In this document: positions 1 to 8,770 of the stretch, in pieces
Layout: every line of letters starts with the position of its first letter
Numbering within the stretch: position 1 is the first letter of the stretch
Origin: an uncultured virus (IMG/VR IMGVR_UViG_3300020179_002709)
Taxonomy: Duplodnaviria > Heunggongvirae > Uroviricota > Caudoviricetes
DNA length: 20,000 bases
Reading direction: 5' to 3' (one strand)
IMG/VR virus record: IMGVR_UViG_3300020179_002709
Coordinates: 54,504 to 74,503 of that record
Notes under the pieces: generated by a model
What the model saw: only the letters and a program-made list of their open reading frames with translations
Databases searched by the model: none
What the model was told of the DNA's origin: nothing
Program-made: the position numbers and the translations under genes

Positions 1-1
1 T

Positions 2-3000
2 GCAGATTTAGTTTTAGAAAACAGCCAGGCAATTCTTAAAGATGTAGAGAATGATATTTTAGTATTTAAAACAGGTACGTTTGCTGTTAAAGAGCTTAAT
101 TCTGAAGAATTTATTTTTAGAACTTCTACAAATAGCACCTTTACACTTTCTGGAGATCAAACCATAACGTTCTCCGGAGGAAATACAGTACCATATGGAA
201 CTGGTTCCCTTACCGATATTCAAATAAATGATTTTATAGTTGTACCAAGCGCCACCTTCAGATACAGCGCTAACAATACCGGTACAGTTGATATGACAAA
301 CGGAGAGGCAAACGTATTAGGGACCTCCACAACTTTTACATCAACGTATAAAGTTGGTGATTTTATTCAAATAGGTCAATCCGGTAAGCTAGACAGAATT
401 GTAACAATTTTTAGTGATGTAAAATTAGCAGTAGCTAATACTACCGCAGCTTCTTACACCGCAAACGCACACTACACAGCTTTTCCTAGAGGGGTACCTA
501 TCGACTTTAATAGGGACAGTAGAGATATTTCTATTCCATCTACAACAAGTATTACTGTTGATATTGGTACAAGTATTAACGTTGCTGCGTCTTTTGTAAT
601 GTACCATGATTTAGAAAATTTTGAACCAGCTGTTAGAACCAAAACTGTAAGTAATCCGGTTTATGTGAAAGTATCATCATCGAGAGTTACTGCAACACCT
701 AATGGACCGTGGTGCCTAGGTCTTCCGGACGTAATAAGTCTTGAGGGAGTTCACGTTGGCACTTCTTCTACTTATTCCGATACAACAACTAATTATGCTG
801 AACAGTTTGAATTAATTACTGGACAAAAAGATAATTTTTATGGTCTAGCATACCTTCGTAAGAAGCCGGGATCAACTCTCTCACTTTCAGGTAGTAATAA
901 TTTAACTGTTAAACTAAAAGTATTTACCCACTCATCTGGAAAATACTTTTCTACTGAATCATACCCTGTTGATGATTCAACTGATCCTTTACCATCTAAT
1001 AAAATTAGAACAGAATCAATTCCTGTTTTTGTATCTCCAACATCCGGTGAACAATTTCCTTTAAGAGATAGTGTTGATTTCAGGCCAATTGCTTCTAATA
1101 CTGCTGTATATTCTAGCACTGTAGGATCAGCCTCTATAGACCCGGATGCTACTGAAACAATACCTGCTGGTGAAAAATTCTTTCCATCTCCATCAAGAAG
1201 CTTTGAATGTAATATTGAAGCATATATGTCTAGAGTAGATAGAATTGTCTTAGGTAGCGATGGTAATATAAGAATTATAGAAGGTCTACCCGCATTCAAC
1301 CCAGTGGCACCCCCTAAAGAAAATACATCTATGGATTTAGGGCTTATTAGAATTATGCCCTACCCTAGCCTCACATCTAGGGCAGCAATGCTTAATAAGA
1401 GACCAGATCTTAAGAGTATGATCACCCCACTTCAGACAAGAAGATATACAATGGGGGATATAAGAGACTTAGAAAATAGACTTCAAAGACTAGAGTATTA
1501 TACATTACTTAATACACTTGAGACTGACGCAGCTACTTTAGCAATTCCAAGCTCAGCTTGTAATACAGTAGAAGTATTTAAAAACGGGTTTTTTGTTGAT
1601 TCATTCGATAACTACGTTATTTCTAATATTAATGATGGCGAGTATAAAGCTTTAGTAGACACGACGAGATCACGTTTAGTACCACAAGAAGAAATTTTCT
1701 CTATTGATTTAAAATTTGATGCTGTTAATAGCGTAAACGCTACGAGAAATGGCGACCTAGTAACATTAAATTACACCCAAAAAGAACTGCTTAGTCAACC
1801 TCTTGCTAATAAAGAAAGAACGCTTGTTGAAGGATTTTGGTCATTTAGAGGCAAGATGACTGTTATACCTAGAGTAGATAACTTCTTTGATAGGGAAGTT
1901 ACCGCTACATCTTCAGTAGAAATAAACATTGCCGATCCTATTAACGCTTTAGTTAATGCGCAAAATGAAATAAATTCTAGAGTGGCAACGGCTACTTCAT
2001 TAATTAATACTGTAAATCAAACTTCATCTGCTCAAAGAATGGAAGGTAATTTTTTAAGAACAGATTTTTCTGAGAATATTACTGAAACATTTGAAGATGA
2101 GTTCACTACAATAACAGTACCTCCCGTACAAACTTCTATAACGCAGATTAATAACCTACTTACAAGCGTTCATATTAATCCATATATGCGCGGTCAAAAA
2201 ATTGGTCTTTATGTTGTTGGTTTAAGACCGGGCGCCCAGCACTATCTATTTTTTGACGGTGTTGATTTAACGAATGAAGCTGTATCGGCTACTTTAAATA
2301 CGTTTAGTAACGCCACAATTAATGATTTTGTTCCAAGATACAATAAGGGCTCTTCACCTGGACTTTTTGCCGATGATAAAGGTAACTTAGGTATTGTTGT
2401 ATGGATGCCCGCTGATACATTTACCACAGGCGAAAAAGAATTTTTAGTTGTAGACGTCAGTACTTTAGATTCTGAACAATCAGCAACTTCTAAAGCTACA
2501 GGTAAGTTTGCTTCTTTTACAATGTCAGGAGAAGCTACCAATATTACTATTGGAACAAAATCATTTGATCTTTCAGAATCTTCTTTTGATACCGATACAT
2601 TTACACAAACAAGATCTGTTACAACTAATAGGGAATGGACAGAGTTTGAATTTATACCTCCCAGGGACCCTCTCGCTCAGACATTTTTAGTACAAAAGCA
2701 AGCAGGTAGATCTCAATTTGTTATGATTTCTTCTATAGATGTATTTTTCAAGCAAAAAGATTCTACAAAAGGAGTCACTTTAGAAATTAGAGAGGTTGAT
2801 GAAGGAGGATATCCAACTAATCAGGTTTTACCTTTCTCAAGTGTATATAAAACTTCTGCTGAGGTAAGTACTAGCGCCACTGCTTCCTCTGCTACAACAT
2901 TTACTTTTCCAGCGCTTGTTACTTTAAAGACTGGCAGAGAATATGCAATTACACTTACACCAGATAGCAACTCACCAGAGTATAGAGTGTGGACTGCAAT

Positions 3001-4888
3001 TGCTGGTGTTCCCGATGTTACTAATACTAACCTCATTACTAATTTAACCTGGGGACTTGGAACACTGTTCTTCTCAACAAGCGGAAGAGCATTTACCGCA
3101 GTTCAAAATGAAGACTTAAAATTTACAGTAAGATATGCTGAATTTAATCCAACCACAGGTACCGTTGAATTAACTAACGGGGATATGGAATTTTTAACAA
3201 TAAGTGATGTAAGCGGATCTTTTGTTGACGGTGAAGATGTAGCCCAGCTCGGCACATCCTACCTTAATGTTAACCTTACTACAAATACAACTAGCTACGT
3301 TATAAACACTTCTACAAGTCTTACATCTACCCTGGCAGCTAATGATTATGTTTTAGTTGTATATGGCACTAACAAGCAAGTAGGAACTGCTAACGTTAAA
3401 GCTGTTAGCACTACAGTAAGTAATGCCGGCTCAACATCAACCGGATTTACAACAAAGTACGCTGTTGGTGATTATATTAATATTGGTACAGAAATAAGAT
3501 TGGTAACTGCAGTTGCTAGTGATACAAGCCTAACCGTTGACTCAGCATTTAATGCAACTATTACAGATAGCAACCATTATTCTGTAGATGAAAAATTTGA
3601 TATTTTTAGAATAATAAGTGCTAACTCAACTTCTATTACAGTTAATAGACCGCCCGCATATGTTGCAAACACAACAGCTGGAGCAAGTATTCAAAAAGCC
3701 GTACACGGTGTTGTCAATTATTATAGTCCAAGCAAAAATACAATTTATTTATCCGACAGCAATTCAACTAATAGTACATTTAAAGTTGCTCCTAATACCG
3801 CTACGTATTTTGCTTATTTGATCGGCGACAGATCTGATGCAGTTGCTAAAGTAACAAGTATTAATAATCTTACCGCTACAGGATATACACCTTTAATAAA
3901 CATATTACAGCTACCAAGCACAACGGTTAGTTTAAGTGCAGAATTAGCAAAAACAGCTGGAGGTACAGACTCTGCATCTTATGTCTTTGGCGGTAAAAAC
4001 ACATTAAGATTTAACGATACAGCTCTTATTAAAAGTAAGAGTAATGAAATTTCTGGAGTTGGTATTACTAAGTCATTTAAAGCTACTATTAATTTTGATA
4101 CTGATAAAGCAGATATTTCTCCAGTACTTGACGTTAATCCTATTAGTATAGCTATTCAAAAATATAATATTAATAATGATTCTACAAATGAAAACACTCG
4201 CTACGGAAGCGCAAGCTCAAAGTATATTTCTAAGAGACTTGAATTAGCAGAAGATCAAGACGCAGAAGATATCAAAGTATTTTTAAAAGCTTACAGACCT
4301 AGCGGAACTGATATTGAGGTTTATGCTAAGATATTAAACTCCGGAGATAGTGAGTCATTTGATGATAAAGACTGGTCAATGTTGCAGATGATAACTTCTT
4401 CTACTCTTTACAGCTCTTCTGTAAATGAAAATGATTTAAGAGAGTATGAGTTTACATTTAGAAGAACCCCAACAACAACAGGTATAAGCGGTAAAGTTAC
4501 TACTGCGGCTTCAACAACGCTTGAAGGATTTGGTACTACGTTTACTACAGACTTTACCACGAGCGATTTAATAAAAATTGTTTACTCTAACACTGAAACA
4601 GATTTTGAAATTATTCCTATCGCATCAATCACGGATAATGATACATTGGTTCTCGCTTTTGCACCATCTGCTTCTAAAATTGGTCCCGGCTACTCTATAG
4701 AAAAAGTAACTAAACCAAAAGAAGCTTATAAAAATAATCAAAATGGAAATGTTGTAAGATATTTTGATAGCAGCAGAGCCGCACACGACACCTATAAGTT
4801 TATGGCAATTAAAATTGTTCTTAAAGCGACAGGCAACTATTTGGTTCCATCCGTTGATGATGTAAGAGCTATAGCGATTTCAGTATGA
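2..4888 (+). CDS. Large virion structural protein, DUF4815/VrlC-like (T4-like myovirus baseplate/tail region); 5'-truncated
   Basis: The frame of the 293..4888 ORF is open back to base 2 (ADLVLENSQAILKD...), so the real start lies upstream of the window. Motifs typical of this family: DFRP, YMSRVDRIVL, RRYTMGDIRDLENRLQRLEYYT, FKNGFFVDSF, DPLAQTF, SIDVFFKQKD, EDLKF, SKYISKRLEL, DIEVYAK, and C-terminal AIKIVL...DVRAIA. Confidence 0.85.
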   Translation, partial: ADLVLENSQAILKDVENDILVFKTGTFAVKELNSEEFIFRTSTNSTFTLSGDQTITFSGGNTVPYGTGSLTDIQINDFIVVPSATFRYSANNTGTVDMTNGEANVLGTSTTFTSTYKVGDFIQIGQSGKLDRIVTIFSDVKLAVANTTAASYTANAHYTAFPRGVPIDFNRDSRDISIPSTTSITVDIGTSINVAASFVMYHDLENFEPAVRTKTVSNPVYVKVSSSRVTATPNGPWCLGLPDVISLEGVHVGTSSTYSDTTTNYAEQFELITGQKDNFYGLAYLRKKPGSTLSLSGSNNLTVKLKVFTHSSGKYFSTESYPVDDSTDPLPSNKIRTESIPVFVSPTSGEQFPLRDSVDFRPIASNTAVYSSTVGSASIDPDATETIPAGEKFFPSPSRSFECNIEAYMSRVDRIVLGSDGNIRIIEGLPAFNPVAPPKENTSMDLGLIRIMPYPSLTSRAAMLNKRPDLKSMITPLQTRRYTMGDIRDLENRLQRLEYYTLLNTLETDAATLAIPSSACNTVEVFKNGFFVDSFDNYVISNINDGEYKALVDTTRSRLVPQEEIFSIDLKFDAVNSVNATRNGDLVTLNYTQKELLSQPLANKERTLVEGFWSFRGKMTVIPRVDNFFDREVTATSSVEINIADPINALVNAQNEINSRVATATSLINTVNQTSSAQRMEGNFLRTDFSENITETFEDEFTTITVPPVQTSITQINNLLTSVHINPYMRGQKIGLYVVGLRPGAQHYLFFDGVDLTNEAVSATLNTFSNATINDFVPRYNKGSSPGLFADDKGNLGIVVWMPADTFTTGEKEFLVVDVSTLDSEQSATSKATGKFASFTMSGEATNITIGTKSFDLSESSFDTDTFTQTRSVTTNREWTEFEFIPPRDPLAQTFLVQKQAGRSQFVMISSIDVFFKQKDSTKGVTLEIREVDEGGYPTNQVLPFSSVYKTSAEVSTSATASSATTFTFPALVTLKTGREYAITLTPDSNSPEYRVWTAIAGVPDVTNTNLITNLTWGLGTLFFSTSGRAFTAVQNEDLKFTVRYAEFNPTTGTVELTNGDMEFLTISDVSGSFVDGEDVAQLGTSYLNVNLTTNTTSYVINTSTSLTSTLAANDYVLVVYGTNKQVGTANVKAVSTTVSNAGSTSTGFTTKYAVGDYINIGTEIRLVTAVASDTSLTVDSAFNATITDSNHYSVDEKFDIFRIISANSTSITVNRPPAYVANTTAGASIQKAVHGVVNYYSPSKNTIYLSDSNSTNSTFKVAPNTATYFAYLIGDRSDAVAKVTSINNLTATGYTPLINILQLPSTTVSLSAELAKTAGGTDSASYVFGGKNTLRFNDTALIKSKSNEISGVGITKSFKATINFDTDKADISPVLDVNPISIAIQKYNINNDSTNENTRYGSASSKYISKRLELAEDQDAEDIKVFLKAYRPSGTDIEVYAKILNSGDSESFDDKDWSMLQMITSSTLYSSSVNENDLREYEFTFRRTPTTTGISGKVTTAASTTLEGFGTTFTTDFTTSDLIKIVYSNTETDFEIIPIASITDNDTLVLAFAPSASKIGPGYSIEKVTKPKEAYKNNQNGNVVRYFDSSRAAHDTYKFMAIKIVLKATGNYLVPSVDDVRAIAISV

Positions 4889-5100
4889 AATTAATAAAGA
4901 CTCAAAACCCTGACTTTAGTAGAGATCAAAGTAATTTTGCTCTAATAAATACTAACGTAAATGCTTACAAACAATATAAGCTTCAGAGAAATAATAGAAA
5001 TCAAATTGCCAAGCAAGAAGAAGAAATAAAAAAACTTACTTCTGATATTGAGCAATTAAAGGAACTTGTTAAACTTTTAGTAAAAGATAAAAATGGCTAA
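4885..5100 (+). CDS. Small conserved phage protein (71 aa) with C-terminal coiled coil
   Basis: ATGA overlap with the upstream stop. The RD..NFALINTN motif and heptad tail (IKKLTSDIEQLKELVKLL) resemble the small gene that usually follows VrlC-like genes in T4-like phages. Confidence 0.75.
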   Translation: MKLIKTQNPDFSRDQSNFALINTNVNAYKQYKLQRNNRNQIAKQEEEIKKLTSDIEQLKELVKLLVKDKNG

Positions 5101-5917
5101 AACAGTTGCTAATGTTGCTATTGCAACAGACACATTTGCTGGATGGGTTGGTAAAACAAATGTACTTCTCGATGCTTTAACATACGAGATTGTTACTTGT
5201 GACGACACTTCAGGAGGAGCTAACACTTCTGGAAATGGTAACGTTATTGGAATTCTTACAGCAAATGTTTTTAGCACCCCATTACTAAGAGGGGGAACAG
5301 CCGGTAACACAGCTAACATATCCACTCTTACTATCGGTATATCAAATTCGTCAATTTCATCAAATGTTATTGTATCAGGGTATACAGCTAATATTATAGC
5401 TAATACTCTTAATATAACATCCAATACTAATATTGGATCTGGCACTCAAGACTTGATTGTTAATGTGTCTGATATAGTAGTAAATGCTGCTTCACTTGAT
5501 ATTACTCTTTCAAGTGATCTAGTAGTTAATTCAAATCTCACAGTAAGCGGCAACGCCATAGTAAATAGCTCTCTTACGTTTGTATCGAAGTCTCAAATTT
5601 TAGCTAAGACGATTACCTTGGCGTTTCCAGATACAGTAACACAAAATCTTGTTGATAGCTTTGCTATTGCTGACTTTGTCGGTGCAAAGTACACCGTTAG
5701 TGTAACAGATCAAAATAATTCTAATAATAAAGCAATGACAGAGCTGTCAGTAGTATATGGGTTCTCTAACGCACACATGACAGAATACGGTACAATTTAT
5801 TCGAATACTCAGTTTGCAACATTTTCTATAAATGCGACCGCAACTCACGTTAGATTGTATGCTAACTCTGCCACTTCAAGCGCACAGTTTAAGATTCATA
5901 GAGTGTCTTTTGTATAA
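5093..5917 (+). CDS. Virion structural / short fibre protein (274 aa)
   Basis: Overlaps the upstream stop. N-terminal DTFxxWxxKTN motif of T4-like fibre proteins, an Asn/Ser/Val beta-rich middle, and a C-terminal module (DSF...GAKYTVSV...TELSVVY...MTEYGTIYSN...VRLYA) common in myovirus fibre proteins. Confidence 0.7.
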   Translation: MAKTVANVAIATDTFAGWVGKTNVLLDALTYEIVTCDDTSGGANTSGNGNVIGILTANVFSTPLLRGGTAGNTANISTLTIGISNSSISSNVIVSGYTANIIANTLNITSNTNIGSGTQDLIVNVSDIVVNAASLDITLSSDLVVNSNLTVSGNAIVNSSLTFVSKSQILAKTITLAFPDTVTQNLVDSFAIADFVGAKYTVSVTDQNNSNNKAMTELSVVYGFSNAHMTEYGTIYSNTQFATFSINATATHVRLYANSATSSAQFKIHRVSFV

Positions 5918-5929
5918 TAAAGGTTAACA

Positions 5930-7555
5930 ATGCCAGCTAATACCCAATATTTCAGAGTAGAGTACGGATTAGATGTTAATCTAGATGCCGTTATAGGAAA
6001 AGAACTATCTGTAACTAATACAGCTTCTTTTGGTAATAATGTAACTATTCAAGGCGATCTAGTAGTTAATGGTCAAACAACCTTTAACGACTCCCAATTA
6101 GTTGAACTTGGTACCGGACAGGTAGTTTTTGTTTCAGGTGCTCAGGGAGCTCCATCTACAGATGCAAGATTAACTGTCAACAGAGGTGCAAGCGCTAATG
6201 TAGAAATAAGATGGAATGAGACTCTTGACACATGGCAATTTACAAATAATGGAACTAATTACTACCCATTAAAATCTTACTCTGATTTAACTTATCAGTT
6301 TAGCACCCTTAACTCAACCAATGTTGATCCAGGATCCGGACTATTAAGATTTAATAACGGCACCCCCTCTCTAGTTACTCAAATTTCTATTGATAATACT
6401 GAGCTTGGAGGAACTGATGTTTCTGCATATATTGATTCTTTAGATGACAGCAACAATACAGTAAAAGGATTTTTACTTTTTAGAAGCTCTGTTAATCAAG
6501 ATCGATTTATTGTATATGAACTTAATTCAATAACTACCCAGACAGGGTATCGTCAGTTTTCAGTAACACATGTTTCTGGTAGCACATTGTTTACTAATGA
6601 TGATGTTTTATTTTTAAGCTTTCTTCGTTCAGGAGATAAAGGTGATAAAGGTGAAAAGGGTGAAAAAGGTCAGAAAGGTGAAAGGGTAAGCTCGGGTAAT
6701 TTTGATAGCGGCACCAACTCTTTACTATTTACTAATTCTGACGGATCTACTTTTACAGTGGCAGGTATAAAAGGTGATAAGGGTTCTTCAGGAGAAAAAG
6801 GTAATAAAGGCGATACAGGTGCTCAAGGCATTGGGGGTCCAGGAGCACAAGGCGATTTAGGTCCCGGAGGGCCTCAAGGTAATAAAGGCGATACAGGTGC
6901 TAAAGGTGAACCAGGAGGTCCAGGTGGTCCAGGTGTTGCAGGGCCTCAAGGGAATTTGGGCGCTCAAGGTCTTAAGGGAGATGTCGGCCCTCAAGGTTCT
7001 AAGGGAGATAAGGGAGATAAAGGTGCACAAGGCGGACCAGGTCCTGCAGGTCCTCAGGGATCTGGCGGTGATAAAGGTAATAACGGTGCTCAAGGGCAAC
7101 CCGGCCCGGCCGGTACTGTAATTGACTCATCTAGTGATTTAAATATTAGATCTTTAAGAGTTAATACAGGTGCAGTTTCAATCAATGCAGGAGAAATATT
7201 AGCAGCTGGTGATATTACAGCATTCTATTCAGACTTAAGACTTAAAAAGAATATTGAAGAAATAAAAGATGCCACAAAAAAATTATTAATGCTAACCGGA
7301 GTTTATTACTCCCAGAACGAATTAGCAGAAAAGTTTGGTTATAACGACTACAGAAGACAACTTGGACTAATAGCTCAAGAAGTACAAAAAATATGCCCTG
7401 AAGCTGTTAGACTAGCACCATTTGATTTAGATGAAAACGGAATAAGCAAATCCGGAGAAAACTATCTTACTATTAAATACGAGAGATTGATTCCTCTTCT
7501 CATTCAGTCTATAAAAGAAATTGATAAAAGGGTTAGTGATTTAGAAAATAAGTGA
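5930..7555 (+). CDS. Collagen-like tail fibre with C-terminal peptidase S74 intramolecular chaperone (541 aa)
   Basis: RBS-like AAGGT upstream. Gly-X-Y tracts at about 6632-7117. GDITAFY-SDLRLKKNI autocleavage motif (Ser codon at 7229), followed by GLIAQEVQ..PEAV and Y..LIPLLIQSIKE plus a coiled coil. Confidence 0.88.
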   Translation: MPANTQYFRVEYGLDVNLDAVIGKELSVTNTASFGNNVTIQGDLVVNGQTTFNDSQLVELGTGQVVFVSGAQGAPSTDARLTVNRGASANVEIRWNETLDTWQFTNNGTNYYPLKSYSDLTYQFSTLNSTNVDPGSGLLRFNNGTPSLVTQISIDNTELGGTDVSAYIDSLDDSNNTVKGFLLFRSSVNQDRFIVYELNSITTQTGYRQFSVTHVSGSTLFTNDDVLFLSFLRSGDKGDKGEKGEKGQKGERVSSGNFDSGTNSLLFTNSDGSTFTVAGIKGDKGSSGEKGNKGDTGAQGIGGPGAQGDLGPGGPQGNKGDTGAKGEPGGPGGPGVAGPQGNLGAQGLKGDVGPQGSKGDKGDKGAQGGPGPAGPQGSGGDKGNNGAQGQPGPAGTVIDSSSDLNIRSLRVNTGAVSINAGEILAAGDITAFYSDLRLKKNIEEIKDATKKLLMLTGVYYSQNELAEKFGYNDYRRQLGLIAQEVQKICPEAVRLAPFDLDENGISKSGENYLTIKYERLIPLLIQSIKEIDKRVSDLENK

Positions 7556-7564
7556 AAGGTTATT

Positions 7565-8134
7565 ATGAGAAGTTTTTGGGCAGTATGGACCGGTGTTGTT
7601 AGTGAGTTGGCTTGTAATAGAATTATAGAAAGAGGACTGGCGTTAAACCATCAAAAAGCTATTGTTGGATATGATGATAATGCTAGAACTTCTGATAACA
7701 GGTCAACTACTATAGGATGGTTTGATCGTAAAATAGATAAAGACATTGCTGATCTTATTACTATGTACGCAACTGAAGCAAACAGAGAATTTTTTGATTT
7801 TGATATCTCTCATGGCGTTTTTGAAATGCAGTTTAGCATCTATAAAACTGAAGAAAAAGGCCGATTTGGATGGCATAGTGATACTCAGTATAAGACAAAT
7901 ATAATGACAGATAGAAAACTGTCTTTTGTTTTACAGTTGTCCGAGCCATCAGATTACGAAGGTGGTGAATTTGAATTTAAAGTGCCCGATGGTTCAACTT
8001 TAGACAGAAACAATTTTTTACCTAAAGGTTCAGTGCTAGTTTTTCCATCTATATTTGAACATAGAGTAACAGAAATAACTAAAGGTACAAGATATTCTTT
8101 AGTGTCCTGGATTGAAGGGCCTAAGTGGAGATAG
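7565..8134 (+). CDS. 2OG-Fe(II) dioxygenase, prolyl 4-hydroxylase-like / PKHD-type (189 aa)
   Basis: RBS AAAGGT. HxD (WHSD), RKLS, DYEGGEF, VFPS..EHRV (distal His) and GTRYSLV.W (2OG-binding Arg). Confidence 0.9.
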   Translation: MRSFWAVWTGVVSELACNRIIERGLALNHQKAIVGYDDNARTSDNRSTTIGWFDRKIDKDIADLITMYATEANREFFDFDISHGVFEMQFSIYKTEEKGRFGWHSDTQYKTNIMTDRKLSFVLQLSEPSDYEGGEFEFKVPDGSTLDRNNFLPKGSVLVFPSIFEHRVTEITKGTRYSLVSWIEGPKWR

Positions 8135-8147
8135 TTTTTTTTAATAT

Positions 8148-8155
8148 TATAAATA
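8148..8155 (+). promoter_or_regulatory. T4-type late promoter (gp55-sigma box TATAAATA)
   Basis: Exact TATAAATA in the intergenic gap, 23 nt before the ATG at 8179. Confidence 0.8.
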
Positions 8156-8178
8156 CTAATAATAATATTTAAGCGGCT

Positions 8179-8502
8179 ATGGCTACTAAAGTAAACTTTT
8201 TAATAGATCAAGGTACCACGTTTGAAACGTCGATTAACCTAAATGATGATGACGGTAACCCTATTGATTTAACCGGGTTCACTGTTGCCGGTCAGTTGAG
8301 AAAGCATTATACATCATCTAATTATATTCAGTTTAATGCTAATTTAGCGCTCGGTGAATTAAACCTAGCATTATCCGCTAATACAACTGATGCGTTAACT
8401 CCTGGTAGATATGTTTATGATGTAGAATTAACAGATACTAATGGATTAATAACAAGGTTGTTAGAAGGTATTATTACTGTAACTCCGCAGGTAACGAGAT
8501 AG
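8179..8502 (+). CDS. Small beta-sandwich virion protein, BppU-N/LtfC-like fibre-attachment adaptor (107 aa)
   Basis: IDQGTTF...DLTGFT..GQLRKHY...LALS...T..L..GRYVYDVE...RLLEG.ITVTPQVT pattern, widespread in fibre clusters of T4-like phages. Confidence 0.7.
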   Translation: MATKVNFLIDQGTTFETSINLNDDDGNPIDLTGFTVAGQLRKHYTSSNYIQFNANLALGELNLALSANTTDALTPGRYVYDVELTDTNGLITRLLEGIITVTPQVTR

Positions 8503-8506
8503 AACA

Positions 8507-8770
8507 ATGCCAATTAATCAGTCAGCTCTTTCGTTAAACGTAAGGTTAAATCTTGCTAACACAAAAATTACTACTACCCCTGCGCAGCCAGTAACGTTAA
8601 AATCGCAATTTAAAACAATAAGTACACTTAATGAATTGACAGACGTTGTGGAAACGGCGCCAGAATCTGGCCAGACGTTAGTTTACGATGCTACAGTTGA
8701 TAAATATATAGTAAAGAAACTTACAACAGCAGACTTAGACTTAACGTCCTTGGACGGGGGAACCTTTTAA
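8507..8770 (+). CDS. Small fibre-associated protein ending LDGGTF (87 aa)
   Basis: Contains LNELTDV...GQTLVYDA, a motif shared with the next ORF. Its stop codon abuts the next ATG. Confidence 0.7.
   Translation: MPINQSALSLNVRLNLANTKITTTPAQPVTLKSQFKTISTLNELTDVVETAPESGQTLVYDATVDKYIVKKLTTADLDLTSLDGGTF

Noticed and set aside
293..295. ATG at 293 as the start of the large ORF
   Set aside because: The frame is open from base 2, so the gene starts upstream of the window.
425..5445. Short alternative-frame and antisense ORFs (425, 838, 2242, 2508, 2821, 3618, 5077) and others nested in long genes
   Set aside because: They overlap well-supported plus-strand genes and show no recognisable motifs.
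8135..8170. T-run at 8135-8142 and AT-only inverted repeat (aatattat 8143-8150 / ataatatt 8162-8169) as a terminator
   Set aside because: No GC-rich stem precedes the T-run. The AT-only palindrome is weak and expected by chance in this composition.
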